From an uncultured Verrucomicrobiales bacterium (GTDB lineage: Bacteria > Verrucomicrobiota > Verrucomicrobiia > JADLBR01), in the NCBI GenBank assembly GCA_964651705.1, contig CAZYWZ010000014.1:9743-73742 (forward strand): a stretch of DNA of 64,000 bases. Direction: 5' to 3'. Below the pieces are notes generated by a model. It worked only from the letters and a program-made list of their open reading frames with translations. It was not told the origin of the DNA and did no database searches. The stretch's first letter is position 1. Every line of letters begins with the position of its first letter. A program made the position numbers and the translations under genes. Below, in pieces: positions 36,855 to 45,459 of the stretch.

Positions 36855-38219
36855 CTAGAACATCTTTCCGGGGTTGAGTATCCCGTTGGGGTCCATGGCC
36901 GCCTTGATGCGTTTGTGCAGGCCGATGCTGGCCTCGCCGAGCTGGCCGGGCAGGAACGGTTTCTTCGCGATGCCGACGCCGTGTTCGCCGGTGATCGTGC
37001 CACCGAGCCCGATGGCGCAGTCGAAGATTTCCTTCATGGCGGCCTCGACCTTTTCGATCTCCTCCCTGTTGCGCTCGTTGGTGAGGAAGGTGGGGTGGAG
37101 GTTGCCGTCGCCCATGTGGCCGAAGGTACCTATCTTGAGGCCGTACTTCTTCGAGATGTCCTGGATGAAGGCGACCATCTTGGCCAATTCGCTGCGGGGG
37201 ACCGTGGCGTCCTCCAGGATGACGGTCGGGGCGATGCGGGCCAGCGCGGAGAAGGCGGTGCGTCGGGCGGCGGCCAGGGTGGCGGATTCGATCGCGTCGG
37301 CGGCGATGCGCACGTCGCGCGCGCCGTTCTTGCGGGCGATCTCTGCCATGGCGGCGGCCTCCTCCTCGACGACGGCGGGGTGGCCATCGGTTTCCATCAA
37401 CAGGATCGCCTCGGCGTCCCGCGGCAGCCCGATCTTCGCGTAGTCCTCGACGCAGTTGATCGTGACCGAGTCCAGGAACTCCAGCGTGCAGGGGATGATC
37501 TTCGCCGCGATGATCGCGGAGATCGTCTCGGCGGCATCGGTCATCTTGCCGTAGGTGGCCAGCAGCGTCCGCTTGGCCTTCGGTTTCGGGATCAGGCGCA
37601 GCAGGACCTCGGTGATCACCCCCAGCGTCCCCTCGGAGCCGATGAAGAGATCCTTGATCGTGTAGCCCGCGACGTCCTTCACGCACTTGTTGCCCGTGTC
37701 CAGGACCGTGCCGTCCGCCAGGACGACCTTCAGTCCCATCACGTAGTTCCGGGTGATGCCGTACTTCAGGCCCCGCAGGCCGCCGGAGTTGTACGCGACG
37801 TTGCCGCCGATCGTGGAGATCTTCATCGAGCCGGGATCCGGCGGGTAGAACAGCCCCGCCTTGTCTGCGGCGTCGCTGATGGCCTGCGTCAGCGCCCCGC
37901 ACTCGACCCGCATGGTCAGGTTGCGCGCGTCCACCTCCAGGATCCGGTTCATCTTCACCGTGCACAGCACGATCGAACCCGCCGACGGCACGCTCCCCCC
38001 GGAAAGCCCCGTCCCGGAGCCGCGCGGCACCACCGCGATCTTTCTCTCGTCCGCCAGCCGCAGCACCGACGCCACCTGATCCGTCGATTCCACCATCACG
38101 ACGCACAGCGGGCGCTCGTTCAGCATCGCCGTCCCGTCGTACGCGTAGACCGCCAGCTCCTCCTCCTGGGTCAGCACGTTCCCCTCGCCCACGATCCGCT
38201 TCAGTGCCTCTATCGCCAT
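36855..38219 (-). CDS. glcD: FAD-linked glycolate oxidase / D-2-hydroxyacid dehydrogenase subunit GlcD
   Basis: VVPRGSGTGLSGGSVP FAD-binding motif, GYTIKDLFIGSEGTLGVITEV, DAEAILLMETDG. 454 aa. Confidence 0.85.
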   Translation of the reverse strand: MAIEALKRIVGEGNVLTQEEELAVYAYDGTAMLNERPLCVVMVESTDQVASVLRLADERKIAVVPRGSGTGLSGGSVPSAGSIVLCTVKMNRILEVDARNLTMRVECGALTQAISDAADKAGLFYPPDPGSMKISTIGGNVAYNSGGLRGLKYGITRNYVMGLKVVLADGTVLDTGNKCVKDVAGYTIKDLFIGSEGTLGVITEVLLRLIPKPKAKRTLLATYGKMTDAAETISAIIAAKIIPCTLEFLDSVTINCVEDYAKIGLPRDAEAILLMETDGHPAVVEEEAAAMAEIARKNGARDVRIAADAIESATLAAARRTAFSALARIAPTVILEDATVPRSELAKMVAFIQDISKKYGLKIGTFGHMGDGNLHPTFLTNERNREEIEKVEAAMKEIFDCAIGLGGTITGEHGVGIAKKPFLPGQLGEASIGLHKRIKAAMDPNGILNPGKMF

Positions 38220-38331
38220 GGTGAACCTTTCTTGTGAAGGGGCTCATTTATGCGTGAGGTCGATCAAAAAGGCAAGTGCGGGTGTGGCGCCTGTGGCGGG
38301 GCGTACACGGTCTGGCGATCGCGGTTGCGAA

Positions 38332-38494
38332 TTTTCGAGCTAGATCCCGTGTCCCGCCCGCGGGGCACCACCGGGGGTGAAAATGTAGGGCGCGAAATCC
38401 CTTTCGCGCCACGGGCAACCGGCAGGGCCCTCGTGGCGCGGATGGGAATCCGCGCCCTACAGGCCGATCCCGTGGCCGATTTTCGAGTCAGGTC
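38332..38494. repeat. composite REP/MITE-like element: 50-nt conserved head, GTAGGGCGCGAAATCCCTTTCGCGCCAC palindrome doublet (family R3), GATTTTCGAGTC tail
   Basis: Same three-part architecture at 53125-53268. Doublet units at 38385-38412 and 38433-38460 are mutual reverse complements. Followed by further hairpins CCCGCCCgatGGGCGGG and R5 copy 3 (38528-38551). Confidence 0.7.
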
Positions 38495-38604
38495 ACATCC
38501 CGCCCGATGGGCGGGACCATCGGGGAACCCATCTGTGACCAGATGGGCTACGTTTTTGGATTCTCGAATCGGCGGGGAGGGTGGCGGGTATTCCCTGGCG
38601 GGGA

Positions 38605-39621
38605 TCAATCCACCTGTTTGAACTGGCCGCCCTTGGACTGTTTGGCGAGGTCGCGGAGGGAGGAGCCAGCCTGGGGTGCGCCGAGGGCGATGGTGTTGAC
38701 CTTGATGTTCTTGGCCTTCTCGGCGAGGAGTTTAACGCCCTTTTCGGCCTCGGCCTTGCCCTCGGCGCCGTCGGTCATGAAGAAGATGACGTCGGGCGGG
38801 GGTTTCATGGCGAGCGCGACGCCGAGCGCGGGGACCCAATCGGTGCCCCAGACAAGTTCCTGTTTTTCGATCTCGCGGAGGCTGCGTCGCTTGTTGTTTT
38901 CGGTGGCCGCGATCCACTTGGCCTTGGGCACGTCATCGGGGTCCTTGGTGTGCCAGTTGTTGTTGTCCTTGTGGGCCCACCGTTTCTCTTTGACGTCCTC
39001 GCCGGCGAGCCAGACGGGTCCGGCGAAGAAGACGAGGGCGTAATTGGCCTCGGGGCTGAGGCCCTTGACGGCCCTGGAGAGTTCCTCGCGCATGAGGGCC
39101 TCGCGGGTCTTGCCGCCCTTGGCCTTGCCCTTCATGGATTCGGAGAGGTCGACGACGAAGGCGATGTACTGGCCGGTGGCCTTGAGGCCGAAGAACTCGA
39201 CGCCCATCATGCCCGCGGCGGAATTGCCGCGGCCTCCCATCATGGAGGTCACGTCAGAGACCTGATCGGAGACGAGGCTTGTGGGGTCGAACTCGAGCAT
39301 GTCGACGGGGACCTTTGGGATGTCGGGCAGCGCGAACTTGGCCTCGCGGACCGAGGCGATTTTCTGGTCGATGACGGGGCGGGGGGCGGCGGCCTCGAGT
39401 TCCTGTATGGTGACCTTCGGGTCGATGATCTTCGGGGGGATCTTGACGGGGCGGGAGACGAAGGTGGCCTCCGGCGGCGGGAAGAAGCGGGCGATGATCC
39501 AGTATAGCGCGCCGACGCCGATGATCGCGTGGACGACGATGCTGAGCGTGATGGCGGCGGCGACGATCTTGCGCCGTTTGCCCTTCGCTGTGTCTTTCAG
39601 CTCTTCGACGTTGACGGACAT
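38605..39621 (-). CDS. TonB-like membrane anchor (TM with S-x3-H, Pro-rich spacer) fused to a C-terminal von Willebrand factor A domain
   Basis: N-terminal KRRKIVAAAITLSIVVHAIIGVGALYWII (TonB-type S-x3-H signal-anchor), then PPPEATFVSRPVKIPPKIIDPKV proline-rich segment, then vWA-like IAFVVDLSESM...VIFFMTDGAEG (MIDAS-like D-x-S-x-S...T...D). Last gene of the exbB-exbD-exbD operon. Confidence 0.65.
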   Translation of the reverse strand: MSVNVEELKDTAKGKRRKIVAAAITLSIVVHAIIGVGALYWIIARFFPPPEATFVSRPVKIPPKIIDPKVTIQELEAAAPRPVIDQKIASVREAKFALPDIPKVPVDMLEFDPTSLVSDQVSDVTSMMGGRGNSAAGMMGVEFFGLKATGQYIAFVVDLSESMKGKAKGGKTREALMREELSRAVKGLSPEANYALVFFAGPVWLAGEDVKEKRWAHKDNNNWHTKDPDDVPKAKWIAATENNKRRSLREIEKQELVWGTDWVPALGVALAMKPPPDVIFFMTDGAEGKAEAEKGVKLLAEKAKNIKVNTIALGAPQAGSSLRDLAKQSKGGQFKQVD

Positions 39622-39653
39622 CGCGGAAACAACTCCCTTTCCCGCGCGCGGCG

Positions 39654-40103
39654 CTAGAAGGTTTCCTCCTCGAGGGCCCCGCCGAAGGTGACGCCTTGGA
39701 TGCCGGCGGCGGCGCAGGTGTTCATGACATCGATGACGCGCTGGTGGGGGACGGTGTCGTCGCCGTAGATGGTGACCAGCGCGTCGACCTTGTTGGCCTC
39801 GGCGGTCTTTCGGAAGCGCTCGAGGATGCCGCGGAGCTTGGGCAGTTCGGTGTTGTCCGGCGAGTCGACGGCGAGCTCGTTAAGGAAGACCTGGCCGTTC
39901 TCCCGGATGGTGATCCGCTGCTCGTCGGGAATGGTGAGGGCGCTCTCCTGGGAGACGGTGCCTGGGAGGGTGATGCCGACGTCGCTTTCCGGTTTGATGG
40001 GCTTGGCGGTGACCATGAAGAAGACGAGGAGCAGGAAGACCATGTCGATGAGGGGGCCCATCTGCATCTCGATGGTCTGCATGTCTCGGCGGCGGATCTT
40101 CAT
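39654..40103 (-). CDS. exbD: biopolymer transport protein ExbD/TolR (copy 2)
   Basis: MKIRRRDMQTIEMQMGPLIDMVFLLLVFFMV matches the ExbD/TolR N-terminal TM signature. 149 aa. Confidence 0.8.
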   Translation of the reverse strand: MKIRRRDMQTIEMQMGPLIDMVFLLLVFFMVTAKPIKPESDVGITLPGTVSQESALTIPDEQRITIRENGQVFLNELAVDSPDNTELPKLRGILERFRKTAEANKVDALVTIYGDDTVPHQRVIDVMNTCAAAGIQGVTFGGALEEETF

Positions 40104-40107
40104 GGCG

Positions 40108-40521
40108 TCACCGGCTGCTCCTGTAGGTGCCGAAGATGACCTCGATGGCGCCGGCCTCGGCGCAGGTCTGCATGATGCGGCGGATCTCCTTGAGGTGGGT
40201 GGTCTTGTCGGCGCGGACGTAGATGCGGAGGCCCGGCTGATCCTTGATGCGCCGCAGCAGGTGGGCCTTGAGGCCCGGGATGTCGGTGGGCCGCTCGCCA
40301 ATGAAGAGAGCGCCCTCGCTGTCGATGTTGATGATCTCCCGGCCCTTCCAATCGTCTGGGGTCTTGGCGGCCGAGGCGATGGGCAGTTTGACGTCGAGCT
40401 TGAGTTTCTCCTTGGTGATCTTCGTGGTGAGCATGAAGAAGATCAGGAGGAGGAAGACCATGTCGATCATGGGCGTCAGGGGGAACGCCACGTCGTCGGG
40501 CTCTCGTCGCTTGGCTCGCAC
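40108..40521 (-). CDS. exbD: biopolymer transport protein ExbD/TolR (copy 1)
   Basis: MRAKRREPDDVAFPLTPMIDMVFLLLIFFMLT. 137 aa. Confidence 0.8.
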   Translation of the reverse strand: MRAKRREPDDVAFPLTPMIDMVFLLLIFFMLTTKITKEKLKLDVKLPIASAAKTPDDWKGREIINIDSEGALFIGERPTDIPGLKAHLLRRIKDQPGLRIYVRADKTTHLKEIRRIMQTCAEAGAIEVIFGTYRSSR

Positions 40522-40561
40522 TTTGTTTGGGTTCTGGGTTCGCGGTTCTCTGTTCTGGGCT

Positions 40562-41377
40562 TCAGGGCGAGGGTGGCGCCTGCGGTGTTTCGGGTGGGGA
40601 GGCCGCGGACTTCTCGGCGGTGGCGAGTGAGACCTCGCCGGTGAAGAGGTCGAAACAGAGGCTGACGGCCTTCTCGATGTCGGTGAGGGCGCCCTGGAGG
40701 ATGTTGCGGAAGAAGAAGAAGCAGAACATGGCGGGGATGCCGACGATGAGGCCTCCGGCGGTGGTGATCATGGCCTCGCCGATGCCGCCCGCGAGGTCGG
40801 CGGGCTCGCTGCGGCCGGCGGCGAGTTCGCTGAAGGACTCGATCATGCCGAAGACGGTGCCGAGCAGTCCGAGCATGGGGGCGATGGTGGCGAAGAGGTT
40901 GAGGTAGTTGATCCAGAGCATGTAGCGGGTTTCCTCGTGGGCGATGGTCTCGGAGGCCGTCTCCTCCATGGCCTTCTTGTTGTAGAGGTCGCGGTTGAAA
41001 TCCACCTTCACCAGCGCGGCGAGGATCGTGGTGGTGAATGGGCTGGGGTTGGCGCGGCAGAACTGGAACGCGCCATCGACGTCGCGCTCGGACAACAGCT
41101 TGTTGGTTTGCGCGACGACCTCGGCGGGGAGCATCTTGCGACGGTTGATCTGGATGATGCAGTAGGCGGCGACGGCGATGGTGCCCAGGGATGCGGCGGC
41201 GATGAAGTGCATGAGGGGCCCGCCTATGAGGTAGAGGTCCCAGAGGGTTTGCTCGGTGGGGGCGGGGGGCGCCTTCGCGGCCGGCTCGGCCTGAGGTGCC
41301 GGTTGGGCGAGGGCGGCGGCCGCGGCGACCGCGAGGAGGCAGGCCATCACGGCGTGGCTGGGTGCTTTGATCTTCAT
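40562..41377 (-). CDS. exbB: MotA/TolQ/ExbB proton-channel protein with cleavable signal peptide and N-terminal periplasmic extension
   Basis: Signal MKIKAPSHAVMACLLAVAAAAALA. C-terminal TM bundle with LGLLGTVFGMIESF and GEAMITTAGGLIVGIPAMF motifs. Confidence 0.8.
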   Translation of the reverse strand: MKIKAPSHAVMACLLAVAAAAALAQPAPQAEPAAKAPPAPTEQTLWDLYLIGGPLMHFIAAASLGTIAVAAYCIIQINRRKMLPAEVVAQTNKLLSERDVDGAFQFCRANPSPFTTTILAALVKVDFNRDLYNKKAMEETASETIAHEETRYMLWINYLNLFATIAPMLGLLGTVFGMIESFSELAAGRSEPADLAGGIGEAMITTAGGLIVGIPAMFCFFFFRNILQGALTDIEKAVSLCFDLFTGEVSLATAEKSAASPPETPQAPPSP

Positions 41378-41427
41378 ATGCGCTGATTTCCTATTCTGGG
41401 TTCCGGGATGAGATTGGGGGTTCTGCT

Positions 41428-42360
41428 CTAGCGGTCCAGTTTGTTCAAGAGTTCCCTGGCGCGCTCGAGCCATTCGGGGTCGGGAAAATAGTCGATGATC
41501 TCGCGGAGCCGGGTCCGGGCGTCATCCTTCTTGTCGAGGTGCCGATAGATCTCGGCGGCGCGGTAGAGTCCGCGCGCGGTGGCGGAGGTGAACTCGGGGT
41601 GCATGGCTGCCGGGAGGAGGAAACCGTTGAGGGCCGCGTCGATGTGGTCCTGGCGCTCAGCCATCTGCTTTGGCATCTGTTCCCACTTGGGCCACTCGGT
41701 CTCCATCTGGCGGACGGAGGCCCATGCGATCTCGGCCCGGGCCAGGGTGGCCTCGAGCATTGCCTCGACGTGGGGGCCGGTTGTGGCGGCGCCGGGGTCG
41801 TCGATTTCCTTGGCCAGGGCCTGCGCTTTCTCGAGTTGGCCGATTTGGGCGTAGATCGTGAGGCGCTGCAGCCTGGCCCCAGTCTTCCGTGCCGGGTCCC
41901 ACGCCTTGGCCTCGATTTGCTGGAGGATGTCGAGGGCCGGTTTGGCGGCGGCCTCGTCGCGGGGCGTGGCGTGGATTCGGGCGAGTGCGGCGCCGGCGTC
42001 GGCGGCGGGGGACTCGGGGAGGGCGAGGTAGGGGCGGAGTTCCTTCCAGAGCGATTCGAGGCGGGCGCGCCGGTTGTCAGAGGGCGAGGCGATGGCCGAC
42101 CTCTCTTGCTCGTCCATCGCGAACTCGACTTTCTCGACGCGTTCCATGGGGTAGGGCACCCGGGCGGTGCCCGCGCCGATGGTGGAATTGAGCGTGATGC
42201 TCTGGCCGTCGTAGGCGACGATCTCCCCCTCTTGGGTGGAGCCGTCCTTGAGGTAGGCGGTGACCTGGCGGGCGGCGGGGAGGGGCGCGGCCCCGAGGCA
42301 CAGCGAGAACAAGAGGATGCCGTTGGGAATGCGGGCGCGGGCTGGGTGGCGGCGGTTCAT
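41428..42360 (-). CDS. secreted protein with N-terminal beta-rich domain and C-terminal TPR-like helical repeats
   Basis: Signal-like N-terminus ILLFSLCLGAAPLPA. 4-nt overlap with the upstream TPR gene (42357-42360). Helical repeats with A/L/E-rich periodicity. Confidence 0.55.
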   Translation of the reverse strand: MNRRHPARARIPNGILLFSLCLGAAPLPAARQVTAYLKDGSTQEGEIVAYDGQSITLNSTIGAGTARVPYPMERVEKVEFAMDEQERSAIASPSDNRRARLESLWKELRPYLALPESPAADAGAALARIHATPRDEAAAKPALDILQQIEAKAWDPARKTGARLQRLTIYAQIGQLEKAQALAKEIDDPGAATTGPHVEAMLEATLARAEIAWASVRQMETEWPKWEQMPKQMAERQDHIDAALNGFLLPAAMHPEFTSATARGLYRAAEIYRHLDKKDDARTRLREIIDYFPDPEWLERARELLNKLDR

Positions 42361-45209
42361 GTCGTGGGTGCGGCGGCCGGTGCGGGACCGAGCTCGCGGA
42401 GGCGTTTGGTCGCCTTCTTGTGGGCATCGAATTCCTTGAGCGTCTCGTTGTCGATCATTTCCTGATAGGTGTTGCGCGCCTCGGTCTGCATGCCGAGTTT
42501 CTCGAAGGCCTGGCCGCTCTCCCAGTAGGCATCGGCGACGAGATCGGTCCAGCGCCCATGCATGACATAGAGCCGCTGGAAGTAGGCGATGGCCTTCCTG
42601 GGGTCATTGCGCCTCATCTGGAGGCGGCCCAGCTCCAGCAGAGCCTCGGCGATGGGCCTGCCACGGAGGCCCTGTATCTCCAAGATGCGGTTCAGTTCGC
42701 CCGCGGCGCGCTCAAATTCTTGCCCGTCCGCGTAGATGGCGGCGCGGGTGCGGAGGACCTCGACGAGCAGGGGCGTGGAAGTGGAGACCGCCTCGAACTC
42801 CTCGAACTGTTTGAGCGCCTCATTGTTCTTGTTCTCGGCCCGTGCGATCAGGCCCAGGCCGAGATAGGCGCGGTCGCGGAACATGGAGCGCGGGTGCCAG
42901 GTGAGGATGGTCTTGTACAATTCTCGGGCCTTTCGCTTGCGGCCGGCGCGGCGCTCGGAATCGGCGATCTCGATCAGGACGAGGGCTGGCAGGGCCTTTG
43001 GGTCGACGTCGTTGGCGACGCGGGCCAGCTCGGCGTCTGCGGCCTTCGGGTTCTGCGGGCGGAGGAGGGCCGAGCGGAGCCAGAGGCAGCGCGCGAAGAG
43101 GGTGTGTTTCCCTTGCTTTTCGGCCCCTGCGGCCATCTCGCGCAATTTTCCAAAGAGGGCCTCGCGCTGCTCGGGGCCGGCGTAGTACTTCCCGAGCGTC
43201 AGGAGCATGGACTCGATGGCCTCGGCCTCGGGGTTGTTGCCGTGGCGGGCGATGGCGTCCCAATAGAGTTCCCGGGCGTTTTCGGACTCGCCGCGGATCC
43301 GCTTGAGGTTGGCCAGGTTCTGGATCGCCTCGGGGGCGCGGCCGCTGTCGGGGAATTCGTCGATGAACTTCTGGAGGTGGGTTTCAAGTTCGGGGGTTCG
43401 CTCGAGGGTCTGGAGCGCCTTGGCGATGCGGAAGACGGCGTGCTCGTAGAGGCGGGGGATGCGGGTGGTGACCTTGCGGAAGACCTCGAGACCCTGCGGC
43501 ACCTCGCCGATGGCGTAGAGCGAATCGCCGAGTGCGTTGCGCGCCTCGTCGGCCACCTGGGATTCGGGGTTCGCGTCGAGAAATTCTTTCAGCTCGGGGA
43601 CGGCCTCGGCGAATCGTTCCGAATTGAACAGGCAGTGCGCCTTGCGATACGCCGCATCGACGGCGAACTCGCCGTTGGGGTGTTTGGCGAGGTAGGCGAT
43701 GAAGCCCTCGCGGGCCTCGGGGTACGCCTTCTTATAATAGTGGCCCATCGCGCGCCAATACCGGGCCTGCTCGGCATATTCGCCCCCGGGGTTGGCCTCG
43801 AGGTATTTGCCGAGCATGCGGATGGCGTCATCCTGCTGGTCGGCCATCATGTAGGCATAGCCGGATAGGAACAGGCAACGCGCCGCCTGCGCGAAGTCCG
43901 TGAATTCCGTGCCGGTGCGCTCGAAGGTGGCGCCCGCACCCTTGAATCGCATGAGGCGCATCTCGGCCTCGCCGCGGAGGTAGAGCGCGGAGGGGAGCAA
44001 CCCGCGGGCGTCGGGGAACTTCTTCTCGAAGGCCTTGGCCTCTTCGATGAGCCTCGGCCAAGATTCCATGTCCGCGAGGCAGGCGAGCATCATGTAGTGG
44101 GATTGCTTGAGCAACTCGCTCTCGGGCATCTTGGCGACCAGGTCGCCTAGCGCGAGATAGGCCTCCCGGCTCCGGTCGAGGGCGTCGAAGCACTGGGCGA
44201 TCCGTGCCCCCCGTGCGGTGTCATAGTCGGGGATCTTCTTCAATTGCTCGATCTCGGCCTTGATGCGCGCGGCGAGGGCGTCGAGGGACATCAGGTCGTA
44301 CGGGTCGGCGTCTCCGCGGGCCTTGAGGCGCGCGATGCGGTAGTCGAGTTGCGCGAGTCGTTCCTGTTGGCGGGCGAGGATGCGTTCCAGGGTCCAGACG
44401 CGCTGAAAGACCTGAAGCGCCTTGCGGGGCTGCTCTTTCTTAAACAGCTCGTTGCCAAGCTGGATCGAGAGCAAGTGGAACCCGGCGAGGGTCAGGTTGT
44501 CTCTGGATTCGGAGTCGAAGGCCATGACCATCGCCGTGGCGCCATCGAGGTCCTCGGCCTTCAGCAGGGCGTGGAGGCGGAGCGCGGTGGCCTGGGAGTT
44601 GATGGCGGGATCCAGCTTGCCCACCATGGGTTCCAAAAAATTGGCCAGCTCCTTGAACTTCTCATCGATTTCCAGCGAAAGTGCGATCACGAGCCGGGCG
44701 TAATCGAGGCGCGCCCCGGCGGGATATTTGGCGAGATAATCCTGCATGGCCTTGCGGGTGGCCTCCCCCTCTTTCTCCTGCAGGTGGCAGACGCCCTTCC
44801 AGAACAGCATCTCCTCGGCGGCGACGCCCTGGGAGTATTCCTTCAGGTAGCGATCAACCGGCCCGAGGGCTTCCTTCCATTTGCCCTGGTGGATGCGGCA
44901 GAGCGCCAGCATCCGCACGATCTCGTCGAGGCGCTCGACCTTCAGGCGCCCCGCCTTGATGTCCGCGAGCAGGCCCACGAGCTTCGTCTCCGCCGAGGCG
45001 TATTTCTTCCCGCGGAAGTCCATGATCGCGGCATTCAGGACCAGGGTCTTATCCTTCGGGGTCTGTTCTTCGACCATGGCGGGTTCCGGCTGCGGCGCAC
45101 CCTTGCCCTTCTTCTTCTTGCCCTTTTGCTGCGCGTGGGAGGAGAGTGGGCCGATGAAGAGGGCGCACAGAAGGAGCAGCGCGGTGCCGGTAGCTTGCCT
45201 TCGGCGCAT
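42357..45209 (-). CDS. large secreted tetratricopeptide-repeat (TPR) protein, CpoB/BatC-like scaffold
   Basis: About 950 aa. Signal MRRRQATGTALLLLCALFIGPLSSHA (start could also be 45227). Many W/Y-x-x-A-x-x-x-Y 34-residue repeats. Confidence 0.65.
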   Translation of the reverse strand: MRRRQATGTALLLLCALFIGPLSSHAQQKGKKKKGKGAPQPEPAMVEEQTPKDKTLVLNAAIMDFRGKKYASAETKLVGLLADIKAGRLKVERLDEIVRMLALCRIHQGKWKEALGPVDRYLKEYSQGVAAEEMLFWKGVCHLQEKEGEATRKAMQDYLAKYPAGARLDYARLVIALSLEIDEKFKELANFLEPMVGKLDPAINSQATALRLHALLKAEDLDGATAMVMAFDSESRDNLTLAGFHLLSIQLGNELFKKEQPRKALQVFQRVWTLERILARQQERLAQLDYRIARLKARGDADPYDLMSLDALAARIKAEIEQLKKIPDYDTARGARIAQCFDALDRSREAYLALGDLVAKMPESELLKQSHYMMLACLADMESWPRLIEEAKAFEKKFPDARGLLPSALYLRGEAEMRLMRFKGAGATFERTGTEFTDFAQAARCLFLSGYAYMMADQQDDAIRMLGKYLEANPGGEYAEQARYWRAMGHYYKKAYPEAREGFIAYLAKHPNGEFAVDAAYRKAHCLFNSERFAEAVPELKEFLDANPESQVADEARNALGDSLYAIGEVPQGLEVFRKVTTRIPRLYEHAVFRIAKALQTLERTPELETHLQKFIDEFPDSGRAPEAIQNLANLKRIRGESENARELYWDAIARHGNNPEAEAIESMLLTLGKYYAGPEQREALFGKLREMAAGAEKQGKHTLFARCLWLRSALLRPQNPKAADAELARVANDVDPKALPALVLIEIADSERRAGRKRKARELYKTILTWHPRSMFRDRAYLGLGLIARAENKNNEALKQFEEFEAVSTSTPLLVEVLRTRAAIYADGQEFERAAGELNRILEIQGLRGRPIAEALLELGRLQMRRNDPRKAIAYFQRLYVMHGRWTDLVADAYWESGQAFEKLGMQTEARNTYQEMIDNETLKEFDAHKKATKRLRELGPAPAAAPTT

Positions 45210-45459
45210 CCTGCTCCCTCGGATCATGATGCCAAAAGTTTCCAGATTGAACGTTGACGCACAAGGGGGAAAAGGGGTTTTGGGACGGTGGCCCTGAGCG
45301 ATCGGAGCGCGGGCGTTGGCCCAGGTGCGCGGGTCCCGGCTCCGCCGGGAGCCAAAGCGGTGTCGCCGCTGCGCTCTGCCACCGCAGTCCAAAAGTGGGT
45401 CGCCTCCCGCGCTGCCCTCGAGAGTGGGCGCGCAACCCCAACCAACATGAAGTTTCAGG

